A DNA stretch of 64,000 nucleotides from Vulcanimicrobiota bacterium (GTDB taxonomy: Bacteria > Vulcanimicrobiota > Vulcanimicrobiia > Vulcanimicrobiales > Vulcanimicrobiaceae). The translations under genes and the position numbers were made by a program. Numbering within the stretch: the stretch's first letter is position 1; every line of letters starts with the position of its first letter. Location of the stretch: positions 160,001 through 224,000 of the forward strand of contig CAVTCS010000003.1 in the NCBI GenBank assembly GCA_963733295.1, read 5' to 3'. Positions 17,773 through 27,070 of the stretch are shown piece by piece. Below the pieces are notes generated by a model. It was not told the origin of the DNA. It saw nothing but the letters and a program-made list of their open reading frames with translations, and searched no databases.

Positions 17773-18659
17773 AGCCGAAGCGACTCCCGCGCGCGGACGT
17801 ACGCGGGCGGTTCGGGCGCTTCGAAGGCGAGCGACTCGCCGCTCAACGGATGCCGAAAGCGCAGACGCCACGCGTGGAGCGCTTGTCCCGGTAACTCGAT
17901 GCGCGGATCGAGCTTTCCGTACACGGGATCGTTGATGATGGGGTGTCCGAAACCGGCCATGTGAACCCGGATCTGATGCGTGCGTCCCGTTTCGAGTTTG
18001 AAAACCAGCTCGCTTGCCGCACGCAGTTCCTCGCGTACCTCGTAGTGCGTTACGGCCGGCTTGCCGTCGGCGACGATCGCGTAACGGAAGCGGTTGTGAG
18101 GGTCGCGGCCGATTGCGCCGTCGATCGTTCCGATGCGATGCTCCGGGATGCCGCGAGCTAGGCCCAGATATTCGCGTTCGATCGCGCGCCGCATCATGGC
18201 TTTGCCGAGCGCGGTCAGCGCGCGCTCCGTCTTAGCGACGATCAGAAGGCCGGACGTGTCGCGGTCGAGCCGGTGTACGAGACCTGCGCGCACCGGCTCG
18301 CCCGGCAGCGCGCCGGCGTGCGCGAGCAGCGCGTTGACGAGCGTTCCGTCGCGCGCGCCGTGCGCCGGATGGGTGACCATCCCGGCCGCCTTGTCGACGA
18401 CGAGCAACGCCTCGTCTTCGTACACGATCGAAATCGGCAAGTCTTGCGGCAAGGCTTCGAGCGGACGCGCTTCGGGCAGCACGAACTCGAGCACGTCACC
18501 TTCTTCGACGGGAGCGCTCGCTTTGGGAATGGTGCCGTTCAGGCGAACCGTACCGTTGCGCAGCGCGCTCGCGACGATCGAGCGCGACGCGCCGCTACGG
18601 TGCGCGATGACGACGTCGCAGCGCATGCCGGATTCCTCGGCAGCGACGACGTGCGTCAG
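17769..18659 (-). CDS. rluD: RluA/RluD family pseudouridine synthase with S4 domain
   Basis: VHRLDRDTSG, TGRTHQIRVH, GQALHA. Start uncertain (CTG 18659 or ATG 18626). Confidence 0.9.
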   Translation of the reverse strand: MTHVVAAEESGMRCDVVIAHRSGASRSIVASALRNGTVRLNGTIPKASAPVEEGDVLEFVLPEARPLEALPQDLPISIVYEDEALLVVDKAAGMVTHPAHGARDGTLVNALLAHAGALPGEPVRAGLVHRLDRDTSGLLIVAKTERALTALGKAMMRRAIEREYLGLARGIPEHRIGTIDGAIGRDPHNRFRYAIVADGKPAVTHYEVREELRAASELVFKLETGRTHQIRVHMAGFGHPIINDPVYGKLDPRIELPGQALHAWRLRFRHPLSGESLAFEAPEPPAYVRARESLRL

Positions 18660-19126
18660 GCCGGCGGTAACTTCGCCTCGGCGGTGACTTTGCGGTCGCG
18701 CAGAATCGTCGCGAGGACGAGCATTCCGACGCCGATGGTGATGCACGAGTCGGCCACATTGAAGACGGGCCACCAGCGCAAGTCGATAAAATCGACGACG
18801 AACGAGTAGTGAAAGCGGTCGACGATGTTGCCGAACGCACCGCCGACGATCGCTCCGAAGGCGATCCGCACCATGGGCGAATGCCGCGCGACGTCCCGGA
18901 ACGCGTACCAGAACAGCGCGAGCACGCCGAGCGCCATGGCTACGAGCAGCCAGGTTTGCGTGCCGAACAAACCGAATGCGCCGGCGCGATTCTGGACATA
19001 CGTCCAATAGAGAACGTGCGGTATGAAGATCCGGCTTTCACCGGGATCGAACGTCGTGACGACGACGTGCTTGGTCCACTGGTCGAGCGCGAGTACGGCG
19101 AGCGCCGACAACCACAGCAAGTTCAT
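18656..19126 (-). CDS. lspA: Lipoprotein signal peptidase II
   Basis: DQWTK, NRAGAFG, GAFGNIVDR, VVDFI, FNVAD. ATG overlaps the ccdA stop. Confidence 0.93.
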   Translation of the reverse strand: MNLLWLSALAVLALDQWTKHVVVTTFDPGESRIFIPHVLYWTYVQNRAGAFGLFGTQTWLLVAMALGVLALFWYAFRDVARHSPMVRIAFGAIVGGAFGNIVDRFHYSFVVDFIDLRWWPVFNVADSCITIGVGMLVLATILRDRKVTAEAKLPPA

Positions 19127-19845
19127 AGCGACGGCGTCGGCACGTACTGGTAGAAGAAACCCGCGACGCGCGTGAACAGATCGGAAGCGACGATGATTCC
19201 CGTGACGACCAGGATCGCGCCGGACGTGACCTCGATCGCCGGGAGAAAGCGCTTGACCCGATTCAACGCGCCGAGGGACTGGGTGATCGCGGCCGCCGTG
19301 ATGAGGAACGGAACCGCCAGACCCATCGAATAGACGAAGAGCAGAAAGGTCGCTTGAGGCAACTTCTCTTGCGACGCGAGGAAGAGGATGGCCGACAGGA
19401 TCGGACCGATGCACGGCGACCATCCTGCCGCAAAGCCCAAGCCGACGATGAACGAAACCCAAAGCGACGGCTTGCGAGCACGCTGGTGGATCCGCTTGTC
19501 CATATTGAGCCAGGGAATGCGCAGCACGCCCATCATGTGCAGGCCGAGGACGATGATCACGATGCCGCCGAGAACCTCGACGATCCGTTTGTTGTTCTCA
19601 AAGACCGAGCCGATGGCGCTTGCCGAGAGCCCGATCAAGATGAAGATGACGGTGAATCCGCCCACGAACGCGAGCGCGTGCGCGAAGATGTGCGCCTTGG
19701 CGGCGGAGGACGTCTCGGCCTTGAGATCCTCCAGGCTCGTCCCGGTCAGGAAGGAGAGATAGCTTGGAACGAGCGGCAGAACGCAGGGCGATACGAAGGA
19801 CACGAGTCCCGCGAGGAACGCGGTCAGGACGTTGAGCTGGTGCAT
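19123..19845 (-). CDS. ccdA: Cytochrome c biogenesis protein CcdA
   Basis: SFVSPCVLPLVP and GWSPCIGPIL; about six TM segments. Confidence 0.9.
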   Translation of the reverse strand: MHQLNVLTAFLAGLVSFVSPCVLPLVPSYLSFLTGTSLEDLKAETSSAAKAHIFAHALAFVGGFTVIFILIGLSASAIGSVFENNKRIVEVLGGIVIIVLGLHMMGVLRIPWLNMDKRIHQRARKPSLWVSFIVGLGFAAGWSPCIGPILSAILFLASQEKLPQATFLLFVYSMGLAVPFLITAAAITQSLGALNRVKRFLPAIEVTSGAILVVTGIIVASDLFTRVAGFFYQYVPTPSL

Positions 19846-19892
19846 TGGGAACCCGATAGGCTTCTCGCTTTTCACCGCTAACCTTCGCGGAC

Positions 19893-20753
19893 GTGCCGCT
19901 TCTTGCCGACGTCCAGCACTGGTTTACCTATCCGAATTTTGACCCCGTCGCTTTCCGGCTGGGCCCGATCGCGGTGCACTGGTACGGCCTCTCATATCTG
20001 GCCGGGTTTATCTGCGTCGGCCTGTGGATGGCGCGCCCGGCGGGTCGCCGGCGCCTCGGCCTGACGGTGGAGCAGATCCAGGATTTCCTGGTCTACGCTC
20101 TGGCCGGCGTCTTGATCGGCGGCCGGACCTTTTTTGTGATCGCCGACATCGTCACCAAGCACGATGCATCGCTCTACTTCGGCGACATGCCGCGCAGCTT
20201 GCTCAACGTGATCGCGGTTTGGAACGGCGGCATGGGCTTCTTCGGGGGTTTGATCGGCGTGCTCGTCGCGGTCGCCGTCTACGTGCGGCGCCATCCTCCG
20301 CTGACGTTTGCGGTCCTCGCCGACGAGATCGTCGTGATGTTGCCCATCGGCTTGGCGCTCACGCGCATCGTGAATTTCGTCAACGACGAACTGTGGGGCA
20401 ACGTCTGCGTGCCCGATCAGCCCTGGTGCATCAGGTTTCCGAACGCCCCCACCAGCGACTATCGCTACCCCTCGCAGTTGATCGAGTCGCTCCTCGACAT
20501 CCTCGTGCTGCCGATCGTCCTGCTGGTTTACCGGCGCAAACCGCCCGATGGCGTGGTCGCTTGGACATGGTTCACGCTGTACGGGGTGACGCGCTCGCTG
20601 GCCGAGATTTGGCGTCAAACCGATCTCGCAATCGGGCCGTTGACCGGCGGCCAGCTGCTCGCCTTGCCGATGATTGCGATCGGCATCGCGCTCGTCGTTC
20701 TGGCTTACCGCCGGAACGCGCACACGTGGCCGAAGCCCGCTCCCGCCGCATAG
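19893..20753 (+). CDS. lgt: Prolipoprotein diacylglyceryl transferase
   Basis: DPVAF, VHWYG, IGGR, GGMGFFGG, RIVNFVNDELWG, YPSQL. Confidence 0.92.
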   Translation: MPLLADVQHWFTYPNFDPVAFRLGPIAVHWYGLSYLAGFICVGLWMARPAGRRRLGLTVEQIQDFLVYALAGVLIGGRTFFVIADIVTKHDASLYFGDMPRSLLNVIAVWNGGMGFFGGLIGVLVAVAVYVRRHPPLTFAVLADEIVVMLPIGLALTRIVNFVNDELWGNVCVPDQPWCIRFPNAPTSDYRYPSQLIESLLDILVLPIVLLVYRRKPPDGVVAWTWFTLYGVTRSLAEIWRQTDLAIGPLTGGQLLALPMIAIGIALVVLAYRRNAHTWPKPAPAA

Positions 20754-20788
20754 GGAAAGCGTCCGTCTTACCGGAAAACTCTGGGTCC

Positions 20789-21484
20789 ATGAAGCTTGAA
20801 GTCGGCGTCGCGCCTACCGGCGACCCGAATTCGTTCGCGGGGCGGATCGATTCCTTACGGGAACGAATCGCTGAAAGCGCGCTTCGTGCGGGTCGCGATC
20901 CCGGGTCGATCGCGCTCGTCGGGATCACCAAACAATGCTCGCGCGAGACGATCCTCGCGGCGATCGCCGCCGGTCTCGACGACATCGGCGAGAACTACCT
21001 CCAAGAAGCGCGCGAGAAGTACGTCGCCCTTCCGGCGGTTCGCAAGCACTTTGTGGGGCACGTTCAGACGAACAAAGCGCGCGCGATCGTGGAACTGTTC
21101 GACGTGGTTCAATCGATCGACCGTCTCGACGCGGGACGAGCCATCGGAAGAGCTCAGCGTGCGCTCGGAAAGCAGATGCGCGCGCTCGTGCAGGTCAACA
21201 TCTCGCCGAGCGAGCGGTTCGGGATCGCACCCGCCGATGCGCCGGAACTCGCGCGGCGGCTGCGTGAGGAGGAAGGCCTCGACGTTGACGGCGTGATGGC
21301 GATCGGTCCGGCGACCGGCGACCGCGCCGAGATCGCGCGCGCCTTCGACTGCGCCGCGCGGACCTTCGAACGGGTCGGCGGTTCGACCCTCTCCCTCGGG
21401 ATGTCGGCCGATTGGCCGGAAGCGATCGCCCACGGTTCGACGATGCTGCGCATCGGGACCGCCCTGTTTGGAGCACGCAATTGA
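20789..21484 (+). CDS. yggS: PLP homeostasis protein (YggS/PLPBP)
   Basis: GITK, GENYLQE, HFVGHVQTNK, LSLGMSAD, LRIGTALFG. Confidence 0.92.
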   Translation: MKLEVGVAPTGDPNSFAGRIDSLRERIAESALRAGRDPGSIALVGITKQCSRETILAAIAAGLDDIGENYLQEAREKYVALPAVRKHFVGHVQTNKARAIVELFDVVQSIDRLDAGRAIGRAQRALGKQMRALVQVNISPSERFGIAPADAPELARRLREEEGLDVDGVMAIGPATGDRAEIARAFDCAARTFERVGGSTLSLGMSADWPEAIAHGSTMLRIGTALFGARN

Positions 21485-21945
21485 ACGATCGTGACGAAGC
21501 CGAAGTCGCAGCCAAGACGAGCGTCCTGCACCGTATCGGGTCGTTCTTCTCGCTGCGCGAAGACGAAGAAGAGTTCTACGACGACGAACCCGAGACGCCG
21601 CGGCGCAACGTCGTAGCTTTCTCGCGAGAGACTCGCCGGAGCGGGCCCGAGGTTGCGCTCTTCGCGCCGCGCGCCTTCGCCGACGTTACCGACATTGCCG
21701 ACGCGCTGCGCTCGCGGCGAGTGGCGATCGTCAACTTGCAAGGCGTCGATCGTGCCTTGCTTCAGCGTATCGTCGATTTCACGTCCGGCGTCGCCTACAC
21801 TCTGGACGGTAAGATCCAGAAGCTGGCCGACGCGATGTACCTGGTCGTGCCGCCGGGCGTCGCGGTGAACTCGCAGGGTCTCCGCGATTCGCTCGGGGGT
21901 GAAACGTTGCTCGATTTCATGATGAACCGGACCGAGGGCCGATGA
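21481..21945 (+). CDS. sepF: Cell division protein SepF
   Basis: IADALRSRRVAIVNL, RIVDFTSGVAYTLDG; TTG overlaps the yggS stop. Confidence 0.9.
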   Translation: MNDRDEAEVAAKTSVLHRIGSFFSLREDEEEFYDDEPETPRRNVVAFSRETRRSGPEVALFAPRAFADVTDIADALRSRRVAIVNLQGVDRALLQRIVDFTSGVAYTLDGKIQKLADAMYLVVPPGVAVNSQGLRDSLGGETLLDFMMNRTEGR

Positions 21946-22445
21946 ACAAGATCACCGTTGTCGACATCCAGCACAAGACGTTCAAGAAGGCTTTGCAAGG
22001 CTACGATCGCACCGAGGTCGACCGGTTTCTCGACGACATCATCGAGACGCTCGAAGACGACGCTCAGCAGCACGCCGCGCTCGAAGCCGAGATCGCCGAT
22101 ATGAAAGAGCGTATAAGCCACTTCAAGGCAATGGAGGAATCGCTCCAAAACACGCTGCTGCTCGCGCAGCGAACCGCCGATGAAGTCAAGGCTTCAGCGC
22201 ATAAGGAGGCCGACTTGATTCGCGCCGAGGCGCGTGTCGCCGTCGAAAAGGAGATGGCCTCGTACGGCGACCGCTCGTCCGAAGCTCGACGCGAATATCA
22301 GCGCGTCGTCGAGACCGTCGAGAAGGCCAAAAGCGAGCTGCGGAGTTTGCTCACGACGCATCTCGCGCTGCTCGAAAGGACCACGCCGGCCTTTCCGGAT
22401 CAAGTGCCGCTCAACGGCACGCTGACGGCACGAGTCGAGCACTGA
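21942..22445 (+). CDS. divIVA: DivIVA family protein
   Basis: DIQHKTFKKALQGYDRTEVDRFLD followed by coiled coil. Confidence 0.92.
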   Translation: MNKITVVDIQHKTFKKALQGYDRTEVDRFLDDIIETLEDDAQQHAALEAEIADMKERISHFKAMEESLQNTLLLAQRTADEVKASAHKEADLIRAEARVAVEKEMASYGDRSSEARREYQRVVETVEKAKSELRSLLTTHLALLERTTPAFPDQVPLNGTLTARVEH

Positions 22446-22454
22446 GCCAAGGCG

Positions 22455-23219
22455 ATGTCGAAATCCGAGGCCGTTGCCTCTGCCCAGCCGCGAATTTATC
22501 CGACGGCGCGGGCGGTGCTGTTCTTCGGCGCCGGTCCCGCGGAGTTGGCCAGCCGGCGCTTCTCCGTCGAAGGCCGCCGGGTGCAAGGTCTGCGCTTCAG
22601 ACGCTTAACCTTGCTGGTCTCGTACGTCGATCAAGCCGCGTACTCGCCCGAGGAACTCGAACGACGGCGTAGCGACCTCGATTTCTTACGCGTCGAAGCG
22701 CGCATCCACGAGCGCATCGTCGAGCGAGCCGGCGCGCACGGCGTACCGGTCGCCCCGGCACGGCTCCTCACCGCATTCCCCGATCCCGAGACGCTCGAAG
22801 AGTTCGCGAGTGCGAACTACGCGCGCTGGTACCGTGCTCTGCCCCGCGTCGGCGACAAGCGCGAGTTGGTGGTGCACGCTTTCGCTGGACCGCACGCCGC
22901 CCCCGAGCGGGCTCCCTACCTTCTGCGCGTCACCCCCTTCGTCGTCCGCACGGCGCGTGGTTGGCAGCCGAAATGCGAGCGGCGCTTCATGGAGCACGTG
23001 CTCGTCATCTCCGGCGCCTGCTCGACGGCAGCCACGGCGACGCGCCGCCTCGCACTCCCATCGCGACGCGGCGCGTTATACAGCGCAGCATATCTCGTGG
23101 ATGAGGCCGGCGCCGAAAAACTGCGGCTCGCGCTGGCGGACAACCAGACTGCCGGCGCGGCCCTGGGCATCACGACGTACCTGGAAGGCCCTCGCCCGCC
23201 GTTCAGTTTCTTCGCCTAA
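22455..23219 (+). CDS. GvpL/GvpF family (gas vesicle accessory-like) protein
   Basis: LLVSYV...ARIHERIVE...PVAPARLLT and C-terminal AAYLV...GPRPPFSF match the GvpL/F pattern (H..VV, P.RFGT, GPWPPYSF). Confidence 0.7.
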   Translation: MSKSEAVASAQPRIYPTARAVLFFGAGPAELASRRFSVEGRRVQGLRFRRLTLLVSYVDQAAYSPEELERRRSDLDFLRVEARIHERIVERAGAHGVPVAPARLLTAFPDPETLEEFASANYARWYRALPRVGDKRELVVHAFAGPHAAPERAPYLLRVTPFVVRTARGWQPKCERRFMEHVLVISGACSTAATATRRLALPSRRGALYSAAYLVDEAGAEKLRLALADNQTAGAALGITTYLEGPRPPFSFFA

Positions 23220-23295
23220 CCCGGGCGGAGCAACCGCGCAGGCTGGAAACGCCGCCGTAAGATCGGCGCAAAGCGCGTCCGTCATAGTCGATCCA

Positions 23296-23895
23296 ATGGA
23301 TGGAATCGAATTGATGGCGAGCGCGATGCACGCGGCACAGGCACGGCTCGACGTCTCGGCGGATAACCTTGCGAACGTTTCGAGCGACGGTTTCGAACGG
23401 CACATCGCCCGTACGTCGCTGACCGCGGGGGGCATCGTCGCGCAGCGCGACCTCGATGCCGCGCGCGGCTCTTTGCGCCACACCGGGCGGAGTTTCGACC
23501 TCGCGACGACAAGCGGTGCGCTCGTGCTCGACGACCGCGGGCGCAGCGTCGAGGGGCGCTCGGGTTCGTTCGTTCTCGACGGCGCCGGACACTTACGCGA
23601 CCCGCACGGACGGCTGCTGATGGCCGAGTCGGGGCCGCTCGTCGCGCGTCCGGGCGCTTCGATCGACGCTCGCGGCGTCGTGCGCGATGGCGATAACGTG
23701 CTCGGAAAACTCCGGTTATTGCACGGAACGGCCGTCGAAAGTGGCTTTCTCGAAGCCTCAAACGTCGACGCCGTGAAAGAAATGGTCGACATCCTCTCGG
23801 CACAGCGAGCTTTCGAGACGGCACAGAAGACGCTCTCAGCGCTCGACGACGCGCGCTCGAAAGCCGTCAACGACGTCGTGCGGGTGAAGGCGTGA
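23296..23895 (+). CDS. flgF: Flagellar basal-body rod protein, FlgF-like (short)
   Basis: ADNLANVSSDGF, TGRSFDLA, LEASNVDAVKEMV..QRAFE. Confidence 0.75.
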   Translation: MDGIELMASAMHAAQARLDVSADNLANVSSDGFERHIARTSLTAGGIVAQRDLDAARGSLRHTGRSFDLATTSGALVLDDRGRSVEGRSGSFVLDGAGHLRDPHGRLLMAESGPLVARPGASIDARGVVRDGDNVLGKLRLLHGTAVESGFLEASNVDAVKEMVDILSAQRAFETAQKTLSALDDARSKAVNDVVRVKA

Positions 23896-24614
23896 ACCGC
23901 GCACTGTACGCAGCGGCGAGCGGGATGGCGGCACAGCAGCGCAACTTGGACGTGGTCGCCGACAACCTCGCCAACGCCGACGTCGTCGGCTTCAAGAGCG
24001 CGACCGCGACCTTTTCGACGCTCGGTGCGGACGCGCAGCTCGGCACGGCCTTCGCCGGGGGACGGACGAGCTTCGCCCAGGGGAAACTCGAACGCAGCGG
24101 AGGCCCGTTCGACGTTGCGATCGACGGCACCGGATTCTTCACCGTCGAACGCGACGGGGAGGTCGCTTACACGCGCGCCGGCTCGTTCTCGCGCTCTGCG
24201 GACGGGCGTCTGCGCAACGCGACCGGCTGGGCGCTGCGGGGCATCCGGATTCCCGCCGAAGCAACCTCCCTCGCGGTGGCGGCCGACGGCCGCGTAAGTC
24301 TCGAATCGCCCGGCCACGGCCGGCGTGAAGCCGGTCGCATTCGGCTCGCCGTTTTTGCGGCACCGGAACTGCTGCGCCCGGTGGGGACGGCGCTGTTCGC
24401 CGCGACGCAGGGCTCAGGCTCTCCGCGCGAACTTCCCGCCGGCGGCGACCGCCAGACGAAGATCGTGTTCGGCTCGCTCGAGAAATCCAACGTCTCGATC
24501 GTCGAGTCGATGATGGCGATCCTCGCCGCGCAACGTGCCTACGAAGCAAATGCAAAGGGCGTGCAAGCCAGCGACGAGATGCTGCGGATCGTCAACAATT
24601 TGCACCGCAGCTGA
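23892..24614 (+). CDS. flgG: Flagellar basal-body rod protein FlgG-like
   Basis: ALYAAASGMAAQQ, DNLAN, DVAIDGTGFF, YTRAGSF, LEKSNV, QRAYEANAK. Confidence 0.85.
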   Translation: MNRALYAAASGMAAQQRNLDVVADNLANADVVGFKSATATFSTLGADAQLGTAFAGGRTSFAQGKLERSGGPFDVAIDGTGFFTVERDGEVAYTRAGSFSRSADGRLRNATGWALRGIRIPAEATSLAVAADGRVSLESPGHGRREAGRIRLAVFAAPELLRPVGTALFAATQGSGSPRELPAGGDRQTKIVFGSLEKSNVSIVESMMAILAAQRAYEANAKGVQASDEMLRIVNNLHRS

Positions 24615-24685
24615 GATCGTTACGTCTGCGTGCGCCGTTCCGAAAGAGAGAATGCGATAGCGGTGGCGAAGACCGGGGTGCGCTC

Positions 24686-24922
24686 ATGAGCGAAATGCGC
24701 GGAAACCCGAATCGGATTGCCGAGCTGCGAACCGTCGTTGTCGACGGGTTTGCCAAGATGAACGCGCGCTTCGATGGTCTTCAGAGTAAAGTTGATTTTA
24801 TTGCTGCGGCCGCCGCTTCTCACGACGAATCAATAAGCGATGTTCACGCCGTCGTCATTCGCATCGAGCGGCGAATGGATCGTCAAGAGCATCGGATCGA
24901 ACGACTGGAAGATCGAGGGTAG
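24686..24922 (+). CDS. Small coiled-coil hypothetical protein
   Basis: ATG with GGGG upstream; heptad-like RIERRMDRQEHRIERLE. Confidence 0.5.
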   Translation: MSEMRGNPNRIAELRTVVVDGFAKMNARFDGLQSKVDFIAAAAASHDESISDVHAVVIRIERRMDRQEHRIERLEDRG

Positions 24923-25092
24923 CCGGGATGACGATACGCTGCGACGGAATGAGCTCGAACGACAATCTGTTGTAGCTTCGTCAAGCGGTATTTCCTCCAT
25001 GACCGCGATACGTTCGTCAGCGCGCTTGGTTCTCGGAATGTCGCGCTGACGATGTGCACCGCATACCACAAGCGATCCAAAGGCCTGCACGT

Positions 25093-25593
25093 TCATGAGT
25101 CGGCCCCGAACCTGCCTCGCAGAACGGCTCGAAGCGATAGTGCGCTGTCGGCCTTGCCGATCGCGAACGCACCGAAACAGAGCGCGAGCACCGAGTGATC
25201 GAGCGAGGCCCCAAAATATTGCCAGAGCGCAACGCCCGGTCCAGGGTAGTTCGACGAAAAGAGCAGCGACAGCATATAAATGATTCCGCAAATGCTTGCG
25301 GGGCGCACGAGAACCCCAAGCACGAGCGCCAAGCCGATTGCAAGCTCGCCGAATGCTACAAGAAAGGCGATCGGCGTCGCATGCGGCAGAACGAAGCCGC
25401 GCAGGATGGGAATCATGAAAGGATACGCTGCCCCATCGTTGAGGAATCGGTGAATCCACATCTCGAAACCCCCGTCACGCGTAAATTGCGTCCCGACGAC
25501 TTTGTATTCAGCGAAAATCAGAAACAGAATGCCGATAGCGATCCGTAGGAGCGCTAGCGCGCGAGAATTGGCGTCAATCGATCGAAAGCGCAT
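25093..25593 (-). CDS. DoxX/DoxD-like membrane protein
   Basis: LLRIAIG, GELAIGLALVLG..R; about four TM segments. Confidence 0.75.
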   Translation of the reverse strand: MRFRSIDANSRALALLRIAIGILFLIFAEYKVVGTQFTRDGGFEMWIHRFLNDGAAYPFMIPILRGFVLPHATPIAFLVAFGELAIGLALVLGVLVRPASICGIIYMLSLLFSSNYPGPGVALWQYFGASLDHSVLALCFGAFAIGKADSALSLRAVLRGRFGADS

Positions 25594-25618
25594 CGGTTTA
25601 GAGAATCTAGCGGGCTAA

Positions 25619-26665
25619 CTAGGCGCGCGAAGCCGGGAGCGCTTCTCGTAGCGCCGCAGGGAGCACGCGCACGATCGCCGCCCGGACCTTGGCTTCGTTC
25701 CGCTGATACCAGATGCCGAGTCCGATCGTCGCGAGGCCGATTAACGTCAGCACGAACGGAAACGCCAACGAGTTGGGAAAGACCGACCACGCCAGCGTGG
25801 TGAGATACGTGAACACCCCGAGGCCGCCGAAAACGGTCAACGCGCGGCGACCCAGGACGACCGAGAGCGCGAAGATGACGACCGAGATCCCGCCGAAGAG
25901 CGCCAGCTTCGCGTGGTCGTTCGGGTCCACGAGCATCGAAAGCCCGGCGTAAAGTGCCGCGCCGCCGTAGATGTAACCCCAGAACGCATAGTCCTCACGC
26001 GTCCGCCGATCGATCGCAATCGAGCCCAGAAGCATCGCAACGCCGAAGAGGATCGTGATGATTTGCCAGTGCTCCCAATAGTGCGGGCTGAAGGGCGGCG
26101 CTCGGAGGATGAACGCCACCGCATCCATCGAGAAATACCAGAGCGAGAATGCGATCGGCATCGTGATGAAGGGAAAGCGCACGAATTTCAGCGCGGCTAG
26201 GCCGACGAAGACCGTGGCTATCTCCATGAAAATCCAGCTCTGATGAACGAGCGAATAAAAGTCCGAGTAAGACCCAGGGTTATCTCCGGCCCAGAGGTTG
26301 AGTATCCGCTCGAGGCTGTACACCGTAAGCGGCGTCATGCAAACCGCCGCCGTCACGAGGATTCCGCCCGGGCGCCGCGTGGCGGGCTCTTGGAATAATT
26401 TGTAGCCGAGCAATCCGAGGCCGGCCATATAGAAAACCGAGAGGCAGAGAACGAGCGCGGACGAGTTCCAGGCCAGCGACATGAAGAACGTCATCGCGCC
26501 GATTACGAGCAAGCCGCCGAAATAGTAGAGCACGTTGGCGCCGGTGAAGGTCGCGGCGCCGTGCGAGCGGCGCTCCTCGAGCGTCGACCAGAGCCGAGCG
26601 GCGGCCGTTTCGTCGATTCCGGCCGCGCTCGCGGCTTCGATCAGTTCGACCTTCGTAACGTTCAC
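25619..26665 (-). CDS. DUF2157-like multi-pass membrane protein
   Basis: N-terminal AGID..A..L, YYFGGLLVIGAM, about 10 TM segments, AAGGAG RBS. Confidence 0.7.
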   Translation of the reverse strand: MNVTKVELIEAASAAGIDETAAARLWSTLEERRSHGAATFTGANVLYYFGGLLVIGAMTFFMSLAWNSSALVLCLSVFYMAGLGLLGYKLFQEPATRRPGGILVTAAVCMTPLTVYSLERILNLWAGDNPGSYSDFYSLVHQSWIFMEIATVFVGLAALKFVRFPFITMPIAFSLWYFSMDAVAFILRAPPFSPHYWEHWQIITILFGVAMLLGSIAIDRRTREDYAFWGYIYGGAALYAGLSMLVDPNDHAKLALFGGISVVIFALSVVLGRRALTVFGGLGVFTYLTTLAWSVFPNSLAFPFVLTLIGLATIGLGIWYQRNEAKVRAAIVRVLPAALREALPASRA

Positions 26666-26832
26666 GGTCGTGCTCCTTGAGCGCAGGGGTTTCGTGTTCT
26701 CGACGATTGCACGAGCGCCTTTACCGAAACAGCAGCGTCATGGAGGTGAAATGCTCGTAGCTTAACGTTGCTCATCGACATGAATCGTTGCTACGAACAA
26801 CCGCAGCGCTCGTCGTGACGAAGCTGGATTCG

Positions 26833-27070
26833 ATGGACGCTCTGCCGGGCACGCTCTCGCGCGGGGAGCGCCTGGGGGACGGGCGCCGAGCGGGTTTCGG
26901 CGGCCGAGCAGTGCGCCGCGTTACTCTTTGCCCAGGCGTTAAAGCCGCTCGCCAAAGCGCTCGGCTTCTACGGTGACGCCGTCGTGTCGGCCGCAGCGCT
27001 AGCGGCGGCACGTGCCGAACATGGCGGCTTGCGCGACGTCTTCGAACGCGCGCTCGGATCCGAACGGTGA
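26833..27070 (+). CDS. Small FlgJ/rod-binding-like protein, apparently frameshifted near its 5' end
   Basis: The frame ending at TGA 27070 reads ERVSAAEQCAALLFAQALKPLAKALGFYGD... It has no in-frame ATG/GTG/TTG ahead of this motif; ATG 26833 is one base out of frame. Its stop overlaps the fliA GTG. Confidence 0.45.

Noticed and set aside
23255..23290. Sigma-28 promoter before flgF (TAAG...TCCGTCAT), and similar CCGAAA boxes near 24640 and 26724
   Set aside because: Too far from the TAAA-N15-GCCGATAA consensus to support.
25014..25052. 11-bp inverted repeat TCGTCAGCGCG/CGCGCTGACGA between convergent genes
   Set aside because: Long loop and no U tract; it could be a weak terminator but is unremarkable in GC-rich DNA.
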